NCBI GenBank assembly: GCA_963805885.1 | Contig: CAWDWC010000007.1 | Location: forward strand, 16,732 to 80,731 | Source of the DNA: an uncultured Flavobacteriaceae bacterium | GTDB lineage: Bacteria > Bacteroidota > Bacteroidia > Flavobacteriales > Flavobacteriaceae | DNA length: 64,000 nucleotides | Direction: 5' to 3' | Part shown: one piece after another, positions 51,006 to 60,879 of the stretch | Numbering within the stretch: the stretch's first letter is position 1 | Layout of the letters: every line of letters starts with the position of its first letter | Made by a program: the position numbers and the translations under genes | The notes under the pieces: model-generated | Databases searched by the model: none | Seen by the model: the letters and a program-made list of their open reading frames with translations, nothing else | Told to the model about the DNA's origin: nothing

Positions 51006-53240
51006 TTAATTAATGCTGTATCGTAAACCTGCGTAATAAGAGCTACCAAAGATAGGTCCATATACGTACGTGGTATCAAAAGTTGTTCCAAAGGGATTGT
51101 CGCTTCCCACAATTGGGTTGGGCTGTTTAACATTTGTAATGTTTTCTCCACCAACATAGATTTCAAAATTAGTCGAAAAAACTTTTGTAACCTGTGCATT
51201 TAATGTTGAAATTGATGGTGAAAATTCTGAAAGGCCAATCGTGTTTAAATAATTTTCTGTGGAAGCAAATCGTTGCTCACCCACATAATTGAAAGTTGCG
51301 TCAAACTTCCAGTTTCCTCCTCTTGTGCTTTGATGGGTTTCATAGGAAGCATTTGCAAAAAAGCGATGATTTGGGGTTAAGAGTGTTTGCTTCTTTCCGC
51401 TTAAATAAGTGGTCTCCACGTCGTAATATTTATATGCTAATCTCATGTCAAAATGTTCAAAAGGATTATAATTGAACTCCACTTGAAAATTATTCGAGAA
51501 ACTTTCACCTTCCAGATTATAAAAAATAACTTCGGAAGGGCTTTCCCAATCCACAACAATTTGGTTCACAAAATCGGTTCGGTAAAAATCGAATGTGATA
51601 TCACTCTTTTGTCCAAAAAGATTAAAACCCTGCATATATGAAACGCCATAATTCCAAGCAATTTCAGGATCTAGTCCATAAATATTTCCACCTGAATTTA
51701 AAATATTTACGCTTCGCGAAGTAGAAAAAAGTTGCTGATTTTCAGTAAAAATATTTGCACTCCTCTTCCCTCTGCCTGCTGAAATTCTAAAAGCAGATTT
51801 ATCCCACGGAGTATAGCGCAAATGGAAACGAGGAGTTATAAATGCTCCCAACCTATTGTGAACATCGGCACGAATTCCGGCAGTAAAATTTAAATTGCCC
51901 AAATTGTCAAAATTATACTCAAAAAATGCCCCGACGGAATTTTCAATCCTGCTAAAATTTTCAGTCAAAACCAATTCGTCATAACCATCATAAGTTGCGC
52001 TCAAGCCGGTTTTAATCTTGTGTCGCGAATCGCTGATTATTGAATTGTAAAGTAAATTGGCGTAAAAGCTGTTATGCTGAATATTATAGTCCTTCAATCC
52101 GAAATAAGACTCTTGTTTGTGATGGCTATAAGCAAGCTGCAATCCGCCAGTACGCCAAGGAATATCTGGGTTTACAAAACCGAATTTTCCAGACACATCA
52201 AAACGCTGGGTTTTTATTTCGCTTCCCCAAGCGTTTGTGGTTCCACGATCTGTTTCAGGATCAAAAAAAGTTTGTCCGGTCTGTTTTTCATCGTTTAAAA
52301 ACCTAAAATTGAAAAAACCAACATAACCATTTTCCTGATCGGTATATTGCCAGCGGTTCATCACATTCAATTGCTGCATTAAAGGTGCGTCTAGAAAGGA
52401 GTCTTCATTATTGTCGAATTCAGTTTCACGAATATTTCCGTGTAAGTATAAACCTGTACTCCACCGCTCGCTAACTTTTGTATTGAGATGCGTATTAAGC
52501 TCAAAACGACCATTACCGGCGCCGTATGCGTTTACAAAAAGCCTATCATCTGTCATTGGCTTTTGCAATTCGGCGTTAATCTGTCCTGCAATACTTTCGT
52601 AGCCATTTGTAACGCTTCCAGCACCTTTGGTAATTTGAATGCTTTCTACCCAAGTTCCGGGAATAAAACTCAAGCCATACGTTTGTGAAGCTCCACGAAT
52701 GCTCGGTACATTTTCAGTTGTTATCAAGATGTACGGACTTGTAAGGCCCAGCATTTTAATTTGCCGTGTTCCAGAAATAGCATCAGCAAAATTTACATCA
52801 ATCGACGGATTTGTTTCAAAACTTTCTGCCAAATTGCAACAAGCGGCTTTCAAAAGTTCGGCGCTACTTACATTCAAAACATTTGCAGATTGAATAAAAG
52901 AACGTGAAGAAGCTTTCTGTCTGGCAGTTACTGTAACTTCATCGAGATTAGCGGTTGAAATTAAAGAATGTTTTATCCTTTTTGGCGACTCCACCGAAAT
53001 AGTATCTGTTTTGTATCCCACAAAGCTTATTACGAGTTTTCTGTAATCAGGCTTATAGGGAATTTCAAAATTACCATCAAAATCGGTAACCGTTCCTATG
53101 GAAGTATTAATCCAATAGACATTTGCACCACCAAGAGACACCTCTTCATTATTTACGTTTTCAGTAATAGTTCCCATTAATTTTTCCTGTGAAAAAACAC
53201 AGAGCGGGAGTATAAATAGTATGTATAATAGATTTTTCAT
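51006..53240 (-). CDS. TonB-dependent receptor with Cys-Cys motif in the plug (metal-related)
   Basis: CarboxypepD-like N-terminus; ELLKAACCNLAESFETNPS; IQITKG..SV..G; PE.AWNYG; terminal YAGLRY. Confidence 0.9.
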   Translation of the reverse strand: MKNLLYILFILPLCVFSQEKLMGTITENVNNEEVSLGGANVYWINTSIGTVTDFDGNFEIPYKPDYRKLVISFVGYKTDTISVESPKRIKHSLISTANLDEVTVTARQKASSRSFIQSANVLNVSSAELLKAACCNLAESFETNPSIDVNFADAISGTRQIKMLGLTSPYILITTENVPSIRGASQTYGLSFIPGTWVESIQITKGAGSVTNGYESIAGQINAELQKPMTDDRLFVNAYGAGNGRFELNTHLNTKVSERWSTGLYLHGNIRETEFDNNEDSFLDAPLMQQLNVMNRWQYTDQENGYVGFFNFRFLNDEKQTGQTFFDPETDRGTTNAWGSEIKTQRFDVSGKFGFVNPDIPWRTGGLQLAYSHHKQESYFGLKDYNIQHNSFYANLLYNSIISDSRHKIKTGLSATYDGYDELVLTENFSRIENSVGAFFEYNFDNLGNLNFTAGIRADVHNRLGAFITPRFHLRYTPWDKSAFRISAGRGKRSANIFTENQQLFSTSRSVNILNSGGNIYGLDPEIAWNYGVSYMQGFNLFGQKSDITFDFYRTDFVNQIVVDWESPSEVIFYNLEGESFSNNFQVEFNYNPFEHFDMRLAYKYYDVETTYLSGKKQTLLTPNHRFFANASYETHQSTRGGNWKFDATFNYVGEQRFASTENYLNTIGLSEFSPSISTLNAQVTKVFSTNFEIYVGGENITNVKQPNPIVGSDNPFGTTFDTTYVYGPIFGSSYYAGLRYSIN

Positions 53241-53324
53241 TTTTTAGATTTGATTGAATATGAAAATTTACTCCAAAGAAAAGTGGAGTATAAATCATGA
53301 GGTACCCGCAAATGCGGGTTTGAA

Positions 53325-53738
53325 TCAAATCAGGAAAGTCTCGTACAGAATATTGAAATCCCGTTCCAGGGGAGGCGGATTATAATCTGCGAAGAATATT
53401 TTTTCTGGTGAAGCTACTTCAACTTCATTAAGTATAAAAACAGTGACTAAAGTAGCAACAAAAGTTTTGTTGAGTTTTAAATTAAAGGATGCTTTCGCAA
53501 AATTATCGTCGGTTTTTACTTTGGTAAACTGATTTTTACAACAATGGTGATCTTCCCCAACAATGATTTTTTCACCACATCCGGGAACAACTTCGTCCAT
53601 TCCACAAGAAAGCAGTTTTTCACCCAAGGTAATTTCAGCCATCATTTCCATCCCACTGCAGAAGTGCTGTGCATAGACAATACCTGAACTGCTGGCAAGC
53701 ATCAGTATGGATAGGAATATGGAAATGATTTTTTTCAT
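53325..53738 (-). CDS. HYC_CC_PP family protein
   Basis: N-terminal hydrophobic signal, then HFC, CC and YNPPP in the family's order. Start at ATG 53738, downstream of TACTTTTG (53746-53753, -). Confidence 0.85.
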   Translation of the reverse strand: MKKIISIFLSILMLASSSGIVYAQHFCSGMEMMAEITLGEKLLSCGMDEVVPGCGEKIIVGEDHHCCKNQFTKVKTDDNFAKASFNLKLNKTFVATLVTVFILNEVEVASPEKIFFADYNPPPLERDFNILYETFLI

Positions 53739-53793
53739 TGAAATGCAAAAGTACAAAAAAAGCCTCTCGGAAAGTTGGAAGCATTTTTTAAAA

Positions 53794-54336
53794 TCATTTC
53801 AGTTTAGAATCTACTCTACCGCACTTCAGCATTTTATCGCCGAAATAAGGGTTTAAGATATCTTCACTGCTACTTATCCAATAGGCTCCTTTATTGTTGA
53901 AAGCCATCGGGCAGAATTGTTTATAAAGTGTACCAGACTTTAAAGCCCCTTCCAGCATATCTTCAAGCCCGTTGCTCAAAGCTTCAAAATTTTCGCGTTG
54001 AACTTTTATGTCTTTGGAAGTGGCCATTGCAGCAGCTGCATTTTGGGTGGCTTCGTTTGCATTTATGGCTTTAAGTTGTTCCTGTAACTTTGAAGCGGCC
54101 ATTGCTGTTTTGGAAGCATCCGTATTTACCAGACCTGCTTCTATTTGTAGGTATTGGTCAAATATCGCTTCCACTTTTGGATCGTTAAATTCGGCTTCTG
54201 TTTTGGCTATTTCGTAGGTTTTAGGTTCGGTATTGTCTACAGTTACAACTTCCGGTTCGCTTTGTTTTAAATTGTCTTTGCAGGAAGAAACTGCAAATGC
54301 TGTAATAGCAAAGAAAATAATGGATATATTTTTCAT
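53794..54336 (-). CDS. DUF3347 domain lipoprotein
   Basis: Lipobox VSSC; Y......LV..D; QRE.F..LS; YKQFCPMAF..KGA.W.S....I.NPYFGD.ML.CG; TACCTTTG promoter at 54359-54366 (-). Confidence 0.88.
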   Translation of the reverse strand: MKNISIIFFAITAFAVSSCKDNLKQSEPEVVTVDNTEPKTYEIAKTEAEFNDPKVEAIFDQYLQIEAGLVNTDASKTAMAASKLQEQLKAINANEATQNAAAAMATSKDIKVQRENFEALSNGLEDMLEGALKSGTLYKQFCPMAFNNKGAYWISSSEDILNPYFGDKMLKCGRVDSKLK

Positions 54337-54374
54337 TTGTAAAATAAATTTAGATATGCAAAGGTATCAAAAAA

Positions 54375-54809
54375 TCAACGGGATTTATATTTCTGAAAAT
54401 AAAATGCCGGAAGCAGGATAAGCAAAAATAAAGGCTGGATTAAAAATCTGCGCACGTAAAAAAGAACCAAATGACCACCATTTTCTTCCGAATTAAAAAT
54501 AATGAAACTGAAGACCATAAAAAGTACAACGAACAATAAACTGTATAAAATAGTTGAGAGTTTAATTATTTCCTTATCAAAAAACACCAACCATAAAATT
54601 GCAAGGGATATGAGTGTATTCATCAAAAATCGAAGTGCAATGCCAGTTTGCAAGGGAAAAGTATCCATCTCAGGAAGCGGCATGGACTTATAATCCATTT
54701 TAAAAAATTCCAAAAGCGGATCGTAAAAGAGAGTATTTTCAAAAGCCCGTATCATTACCAAGAGGCTTGCAAGCACTGTAATACCGAATATTTTTAGAAT
54801 ATTTTTCAT
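54375..54809 (-). CDS. Exosortase F system-associated membrane protein
   Basis: IRAFE..LFYDP, FYVRRFLIQP and PAFY.Q motifs; ATGA overlap with xrtF. Confidence 0.88.
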   Translation of the reverse strand: MKNILKIFGITVLASLLVMIRAFENTLFYDPLLEFFKMDYKSMPLPEMDTFPLQTGIALRFLMNTLISLAILWLVFFDKEIIKLSTILYSLLFVVLFMVFSFIIFNSEENGGHLVLFYVRRFLIQPLFLLILLPAFYFQKYKSR

Positions 54810-55351
54810 GGTGCCGAACGGGGTTTCAGCATTCGTACCCAAACCATCCATAAAACAAAAACCATGCCATAAATAATTCCCGGAAATACAACAGAGTGAA
54901 GGATTTTTTCATAATCTGGAAACTTGTACAAAGCAACAACTAGAATGGCAATTCGCAGAATATTCACAATATAAATCAAGACCGATCCGGCAAAAAGAAA
55001 CAGAAATGTTTTTTTAAATCTTTCTGCAAAAGCAATAACAAAAGCGACGAATAGAATAATAACACTGATAGAGTTGCAGCCCTCCACAATGCTCACGGTA
55101 TATTCATTCTCTATGGTCAATAACATTCCGTGTTCTAAATGATCGGACCTTAAAACAGAGCTATACCCAAATCCGTCAAGCACTGCGGCACTTTGTTTTG
55201 CTACAAGATTGGTTATAAAATCAGGGTAATATGTGCTATTTTCTGAAACATTTAAATAAACAGAATAAAAAATCGCGAGAACTAAATAGGTTCCCAAAAA
55301 AAGGCCGACAAATTTTATAACGGTTTTATTTTTTTTAAAAATCGCTCTCAA
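54806..55351 (-). CDS. xrtF: Exosortase family protein XrtF
   Basis: PDFIT.LVA.Q; catalytic-type Cys (EGCNS), Arg (NILRI) and His (LH..VFP.IIYG). Confidence 0.9.
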   Translation of the reverse strand: MRAIFKKNKTVIKFVGLFLGTYLVLAIFYSVYLNVSENSTYYPDFITNLVAKQSAAVLDGFGYSSVLRSDHLEHGMLLTIENEYTVSIVEGCNSISVIILFVAFVIAFAERFKKTFLFLFAGSVLIYIVNILRIAILVVALYKFPDYEKILHSVVFPGIIYGMVFVLWMVWVRMLKPRSAP

Positions 55352-55450
55352 TGCTTCAGTTTGGTTTTTAACAAAAATACAGGATTTGTTTTTGGTGTAT
55401 GTATTCGTTTTAAAATACTTTTACCAAGTAATCTAGATTTAAAAAAACCT

Positions 55451-55906
55451 ATGCCTTTTTCACATTTAAAACACAAAGTTAAAACCATTTTAGCTAACAG
55501 TTCAGAAAGCACTGATAACAGATTAACAGAGGTTTGTGAACTATTGCAATCTTCCGTTGGCTATTATGATTGGGTAGGTTTTTATTTTGCAAACGATGCC
55601 GAAAAAACTCTGCATTTAAAAGCATTTGCCGGCGAACCAACAGATCACACGGTTATTCCTTTTGGAAAAGGCATTTGTGGACAAGTTGCGGTGAGCAATA
55701 AAAATTTTGTGGTTCCGGATGTAAAAGCGCAAGATAATTACATTGCTTGCAGCATTACTGTGAAGGCCGAGATTGTAATCCCTCTTTTTAAGAATGGAAA
55801 AAACATTGGGCAAATAGATATCGATTCGCACATAGAAGATCCATTTTCTTTAGAGGACGAACGTTTTTTAGAATGGGTGAATGAAGAAGTTTCACAAATT
55901 CTATAA
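55451..55906 (+). CDS. GAF-domain protein, free methionine-R-sulfoxide reductase (MsrC)-like
   Basis: WVGFY, G.GICG, V.DV....YIACS...AEIVIP and IDIDS motifs; start at ATG 55451. Confidence 0.82.
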   Translation: MPFSHLKHKVKTILANSSESTDNRLTEVCELLQSSVGYYDWVGFYFANDAEKTLHLKAFAGEPTDHTVIPFGKGICGQVAVSNKNFVVPDVKAQDNYIACSITVKAEIVIPLFKNGKNIGQIDIDSHIEDPFSLEDERFLEWVNEEVSQIL

Positions 55907-55907
55907 A

Positions 55908-57164
55908 CTACATTCCAGTCCTGATTGCTTCAACTGGATCCAGTTTTGAAGCTGAAATTGCCGGAAGAATTCCTGAAATTAAACCAATTACTGCTGAGAT
56001 TGCTGTACCAATAAACATATTCCATGGTGACAGCACAAATTCGAAATCACCTGTAAATTGAGAGGCAATAATTGAAACAATAAATACCAAAAACAACCCA
56101 ATCAATCCGCCAATTACTGCAAGAATTATTGCTTCAAATAAAAATTGAAACAGTATAAATTTGTTCTTTGCACCCAAGGATTTTTGAATCCCTATTAAAT
56201 TGGTACGCTCTTTTACGCTCACAAACATAATATTCGCAATCCCGAAACCACCCACGAGCAGTGAAAATCCGCTGATAATAAGCCCGATGATATTCATACT
56301 TCCAGTGATATTGTCTATAAAATCTGTAAGACCCTTCATTTGATTTATAAAAAAATTACTTGTTTCATCAGGTTTTAAGCCCCGTTTAATTCGAATTTTT
56401 TGAGTAAGCACCGCGATAAATTCGGCCTCGTCCACGCCCTTCTTAGGTTTCACTACAATTTGCGGAAAGGTTTTTTTGTTGTTATCACCATAAATTCTGC
56501 GCACTACATTTACGGGCATCCAAACCGAAGTGTCTTTTGAATTTCCTAATAAGCCCGCCCCTTCCTTCTTCAAAACTCCAATTACATTGAATTTTCTTCC
56601 ATAAATCCGAACTTCTTTTCCAATAGCCATTGCCCCACCACCAAAAAGCTGATTGGCAATTTCATCACCTAAAACCACAACCATAGAACCACTATTTGAT
56701 TCAGAACCATTAAAAAACCTCCCTTCGGAAAGTTTCAATGACTCAATGTTGTAATAACTATCTGTTACCGCACCAATTGGCACGTTATCAACTTGTCTGT
56801 CCTCATATTTTATACTTTCTTGGGGAACATTCAGCGTAAAAGTTGCCGCTTCAATATTTGGGGTATTGCGTTCAATGTATTGGTATTCATCATAGGTAAC
56901 ATCTGGAAATTGTTGCCATTTCCAACGTGGAATATCAGTTGGTCCAAATTTAAAACGCATGACAATAATGGTACTATTATCTAAACCACTAATACTCCCT
57001 TCTATTTCACGTTTCAAGGAATCTACCGCTGCAAGTACAGCTATAATTGAGAAAATTCCAATAGTTACACCAACCAAAGAAAGGAAGGTTCGCAATTTAT
57101 TGTTTCGTAGTGCATTAAGCGCAAAATTGAAACTTTCCTTTAAAAGGCGAAGATAAATTAGCAT
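55908..57164 (-). CDS. ABC transporter permease, MacB/FtsX family
   Basis: NKLRT.LS..G..IGI; SLLVGGFGIANIMFVSVKERT..IG..K.LGA; PA..AS.LDPVEAIR. Confidence 0.92.
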   Translation of the reverse strand: MLIYLRLLKESFNFALNALRNNKLRTFLSLVGVTIGIFSIIAVLAAVDSLKREIEGSISGLDNSTIIVMRFKFGPTDIPRWKWQQFPDVTYDEYQYIERNTPNIEAATFTLNVPQESIKYEDRQVDNVPIGAVTDSYYNIESLKLSEGRFFNGSESNSGSMVVVLGDEIANQLFGGGAMAIGKEVRIYGRKFNVIGVLKKEGAGLLGNSKDTSVWMPVNVVRRIYGDNNKKTFPQIVVKPKKGVDEAEFIAVLTQKIRIKRGLKPDETSNFFINQMKGLTDFIDNITGSMNIIGLIISGFSLLVGGFGIANIMFVSVKERTNLIGIQKSLGAKNKFILFQFLFEAIILAVIGGLIGLFLVFIVSIIASQFTGDFEFVLSPWNMFIGTAISAVIGLISGILPAISASKLDPVEAIRTGM

Positions 57165-57320
57165 TTACAATTTTTGATTAACGGTTTTGAATTTTCAAAT
57201 GATTCGTTCCCAAACTCAAAATGAAGGGTTGATAAAATTATAAAAAGTAAGACGTTTTCTCTGTGGTTATGTTACAAATTTACTATTCAATTATGTACTT
57301 TTGCACCTTAATTTTCCATA

Positions 57321-58853
57321 ATGAACAATTCCAAAAAAATTACGTCCGCTTTAATTTCCGTTTTTAGCAAAGAAGGTCTTGCGCCAATCGTTAAAAAACT
57401 GGACGAACAAAACGTAAAAATCTACTCTACTGGAGGCACCCAAAAATTCATCAATGATCTTGGAATCGAAGTGATTGCAGTGGAAGATTTAACTGACTAT
57501 CCTTCCATTTTGGGGGGGCGTGTAAAAACCCTTCATCCTAAAGTTTTTGGTGGAATTTTGAACCGTCAGGACAACAAAAGCGATGTAGCCGAAATGGAGC
57601 AGTACAACATTCCACAGCTTGATGCGGTGATTGTAGATTTGTATCCTTTTGAAAAAACCGTTGCCTCGGGTGCTTCGGAAGAAGATATTATTGAAAAAAT
57701 TGACATCGGAGGGATTTCCTTAATCCGTGCCGCAGCGAAAAATTTTAAGGATACAATTTGTGTTTCCTCTGTTGACGATTATACTGAGTTTTTGGAATTG
57801 ATTTCAGCAAACAACGGTAACATTTCTTTAAAGGATCGCAAGCGTTTTGCCGCAAAATCTTTCAACGTTTCTTCAAATTATGATACTGCGATTTTTAATT
57901 ATTTCAATAAAGAGGAAAACTTGCCGGCTTTTAAAATAAGCGAAACCAATGGTCAGGAACTTCGTTATGGCGAAAACCCTCACCAAAAAGGATATTTCTT
58001 TGGAAATTTTGACGAAATTTTCACCAAACTTCATGGAAAAGAATTGAGCTACAACAACCTTTTAGACGTTGACGCCGCTGTGAGTTTGATGAACGAGTTT
58101 AAAGGGGAAGCCCCAACTTTTGCTATTTTGAAACACAACAACGCCTGCGGAATTGCACAACGCGAAACCGTACAGCAAGCTTACATGGCCGCATTGGCGG
58201 GCGACCCAGTTTCGGCTTTTGGTGGAGTTTTGATCAGCAATGTTGAAATTGATGAAGCAACGGCAAGCGAAATCCACGACCTTTTCTGCGAAGTAGTGAT
58301 TGCGCCTTCATATTCAGAAAAAGCGCTAGAAATTTTAAAAGGAAAAAAGAATCGAATTTTGTTGGTTCAAAAAGAAATTGAATTACCTTCAACAACCGTT
58401 AGAACTTGTTTAAACGGCGTTTTGGTTCAAGATAAAGACAATATTTCAGACAGTGCTGAAATTTTAACGCATGCAACAAACAATAAACCGAATTCGCAAG
58501 AGTTAGAAGACCTGTTATTCGCTTCCAAAATTTGTAAGCACACAAAATCAAATACGATTGTTTTGGCAAAGGGAAAACAACTTTGTGCCAGCGGAACCGG
58601 ACAAACCAGCCGTGTTGATGCATTACGGCAAGCAATTGAAAAAGCAAAAGCCTTTAATTTTAACCTTGAAGGTGCCGTGATGGCGAGTGATGCTTTTTTC
58701 CCGTTTCCCGATTGTGTAGAAATTGCAGATAATGCAGGAATAACAGCCGTAATACAGCCTGGAGGGTCTATTAAAGACCAACTTAGCATTGATTATTGCA
58801 ACGCAAACGAAATGGCAATGGTATTTACTGGAACACGTCATTTTAAGCATTAA
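57321..58853 (+). CDS. purH: Bifunctional AICAR transformylase / IMP cyclohydrolase
   Basis: ALISV, STGGT, GRVKTLHP, IDIGG, LRYGENPHQ, KHNNACG and ASDAFFPF; TACTTTTG at 57296-57303. Confidence 0.97.
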   Translation: MNNSKKITSALISVFSKEGLAPIVKKLDEQNVKIYSTGGTQKFINDLGIEVIAVEDLTDYPSILGGRVKTLHPKVFGGILNRQDNKSDVAEMEQYNIPQLDAVIVDLYPFEKTVASGASEEDIIEKIDIGGISLIRAAAKNFKDTICVSSVDDYTEFLELISANNGNISLKDRKRFAAKSFNVSSNYDTAIFNYFNKEENLPAFKISETNGQELRYGENPHQKGYFFGNFDEIFTKLHGKELSYNNLLDVDAAVSLMNEFKGEAPTFAILKHNNACGIAQRETVQQAYMAALAGDPVSAFGGVLISNVEIDEATASEIHDLFCEVVIAPSYSEKALEILKGKKNRILLVQKEIELPSTTVRTCLNGVLVQDKDNISDSAEILTHATNNKPNSQELEDLLFASKICKHTKSNTIVLAKGKQLCASGTGQTSRVDALRQAIEKAKAFNFNLEGAVMASDAFFPFPDCVEIADNAGITAVIQPGGSIKDQLSIDYCNANEMAMVFTGTRHFKH

Positions 58854-58917
58854 ATTTTATTACATTTGTTAAAAACCAAATCTAACATGTTAACCTTCAA
58901 TACCACCGATTTTAATT

Positions 58918-59946
58918 ATGGGATTTTTTGACTTCCTGACTGAAGAAATAGCCATTGATCTTGGTACCGCAAATACCCTGATCATCCACAACGATAAAGT
59001 TGTTGTGGACGCTCCGTCTATTGTTGCACGTGATCGCACTACTGGAAAAATAATCGCCGTGGGCCGTGAAGCCGCGATGATGCAGGGAAAAACACACGAA
59101 AATATTAAAACAATCCGTCCGTTAAAGGATGGTGTAATTGCAGATTTTGACGCAAGTGAAAAGATGATAAATATGTTTATCAACGATATTCCTGCATTGA
59201 AAAAGAGATGGCTAAAACCCTCCTTAAGAATGGTTGTTTGTATTCCCAGTGGAATTACAGAAGTTGAAATGCGCGCCGTAAAAGAAAGTGCCGAACGGGT
59301 TAACGGAAAAGAAGTTTATTTGATCCATGAACCAATGGCAGCTGCAATTGGTATTGGTGTTGATATTATGCAACCCAAAGGTAATATGGTGGTGGACATT
59401 GGAGGTGGAACCACTGAAATTGCCGTAATCGCCCTTGGCGGAATTGTTTGCGACAAATCCATAAAAATTGCTGGTGATGTTTTCACAAACGATATTGTTT
59501 ATTATATGCGCACCCAACACAACCTGTATGTTGGTGAACGCACTGCTGAAAAAATAAAAATCCAAATTGGTGCTGCAACTGAAGATCTTGAGCTTCCGCC
59601 AGATGAAATGGACGTGCAGGGGCGCGATTTGCTTACCGGAAAACCGAAGCAAGTTCAGACTTCCTATAGAGAAATTGCAAAAGCTTTGGACAAATCCATT
59701 CTTCGAATTGAAGATGCAGTTATGGAAACCCTATCACAAACACCGCCCGAACTTGCCGCAGATATTTACAACACTGGAATTTATCTTGCCGGTGGTGGAT
59801 CGATGCTTCGCGGACTGGACAAAAGGCTTTCGCAAAAAACCGATCTTCCTGTTTATATAGCTGAAGATCCGTTGCGAGCTGTGGTTCGAGGAACTGGCAT
59901 TTGTTTAAAAAACCTTGCCAAATATAAAAGTGTGTTGATTAAATAG
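58918..59946 (+). CDS. mreB: Rod shape-determining protein MreB
   Basis: IDLGTANT, RPLKDGVIADF, EPMAAAIG and DIGGGTTE; TACATTTG at 58861-58868. Confidence 0.97.
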   Translation: MGFFDFLTEEIAIDLGTANTLIIHNDKVVVDAPSIVARDRTTGKIIAVGREAAMMQGKTHENIKTIRPLKDGVIADFDASEKMINMFINDIPALKKRWLKPSLRMVVCIPSGITEVEMRAVKESAERVNGKEVYLIHEPMAAAIGIGVDIMQPKGNMVVDIGGGTTEIAVIALGGIVCDKSIKIAGDVFTNDIVYYMRTQHNLYVGERTAEKIKIQIGAATEDLELPPDEMDVQGRDLLTGKPKQVQTSYREIAKALDKSILRIEDAVMETLSQTPPELAADIYNTGIYLAGGGSMLRGLDKRLSQKTDLPVYIAEDPLRAVVRGTGICLKNLAKYKSVLIK

Positions 59947-60048
59947 TTTTCGGAAGAAGTTAATTCCACTGAAAAATTTAAAGAGAATAGTTGCCCATTT
60001 ATGGCGTTGCTCCCATTAGAAAGCAGAATATTATAACCCCACAAAGCA

Positions 60049-60879
60049 ATGCAGCAGATTATATTTTTCTTCATCCGGAATAAAAATTTCCTGTTGTTTG
60101 CCGTGCTGTTTACTATTGCTGTAGCGCTTACGGTGCAAACCCACAATTACCACAACGATAAATTTATCAGTTCTGCCAATTTTATAACCGGTGGAGTTTA
60201 TACTTTCAGGAATAACGTAACAGATTATTTATCTCTCGGTAAAGAGAACCAACAGCTACTCCAGGAAAATTTGATGCTTCGAAATAAACTGGATCAATAT
60301 AAGGAACTAGTTGTTTTTGAAAAACTGGACAGTGCGATTCTTCCCAATAAATACAAATATTTCACTGCTCGAGTAATCAATAATAATTACACAAAAACAA
60401 AAAACCAGCTTACACTGGACAAAGGCCGAAAGGACAGTATAACAATTGATTTGGGCGTAATATCCTCTAAAGGAATTGTGGGAATTGTGAGTGATGTTTC
60501 AGAAAATTATTCAACAGTTCAATCTATTCTGAATACAAAAAGCAGGATCAATGCGAAACATAAAAATTCGAGCCATTTTGGGTCTCTGAAATGGGACACA
60601 AAAGATCCAAACGTAGCACAATTGGTTGATATTCCCCGTCTCGCCGAACTGAAAAAAGGAGACACTATTGTTACAGGAGGAAGATCTACCATTTTTCCCG
60701 AAGGCCTTTTAATTGGCACCGTAAAAGATTTTCATTTGGACAGAGATGACAACTATTATTACGTCAATGTTCAACTTTTCAACGATATGACAAGTTTAGA
60801 GCATGTGTATTTAATAGAAAACAACGAAGCCTCGGAAATTTTAAAACTTGAGAAAGGAGTAGGAGATGAAGAACAATGA
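60049..60879 (+). CDS. mreC: Rod shape-determining protein MreC
   Basis: TM helix, coiled coil EN..L..EN..LR, LDKG, GIVGIV and GDTIVT....IFPEG..IG. Confidence 0.93.
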   Translation: MQQIIFFFIRNKNFLLFAVLFTIAVALTVQTHNYHNDKFISSANFITGGVYTFRNNVTDYLSLGKENQQLLQENLMLRNKLDQYKELVVFEKLDSAILPNKYKYFTARVINNNYTKTKNQLTLDKGRKDSITIDLGVISSKGIVGIVSDVSENYSTVQSILNTKSRINAKHKNSSHFGSLKWDTKDPNVAQLVDIPRLAELKKGDTIVTGGRSTIFPEGLLIGTVKDFHLDRDDNYYYVNVQLFNDMTSLEHVYLIENNEASEILKLEKGVGDEEQ

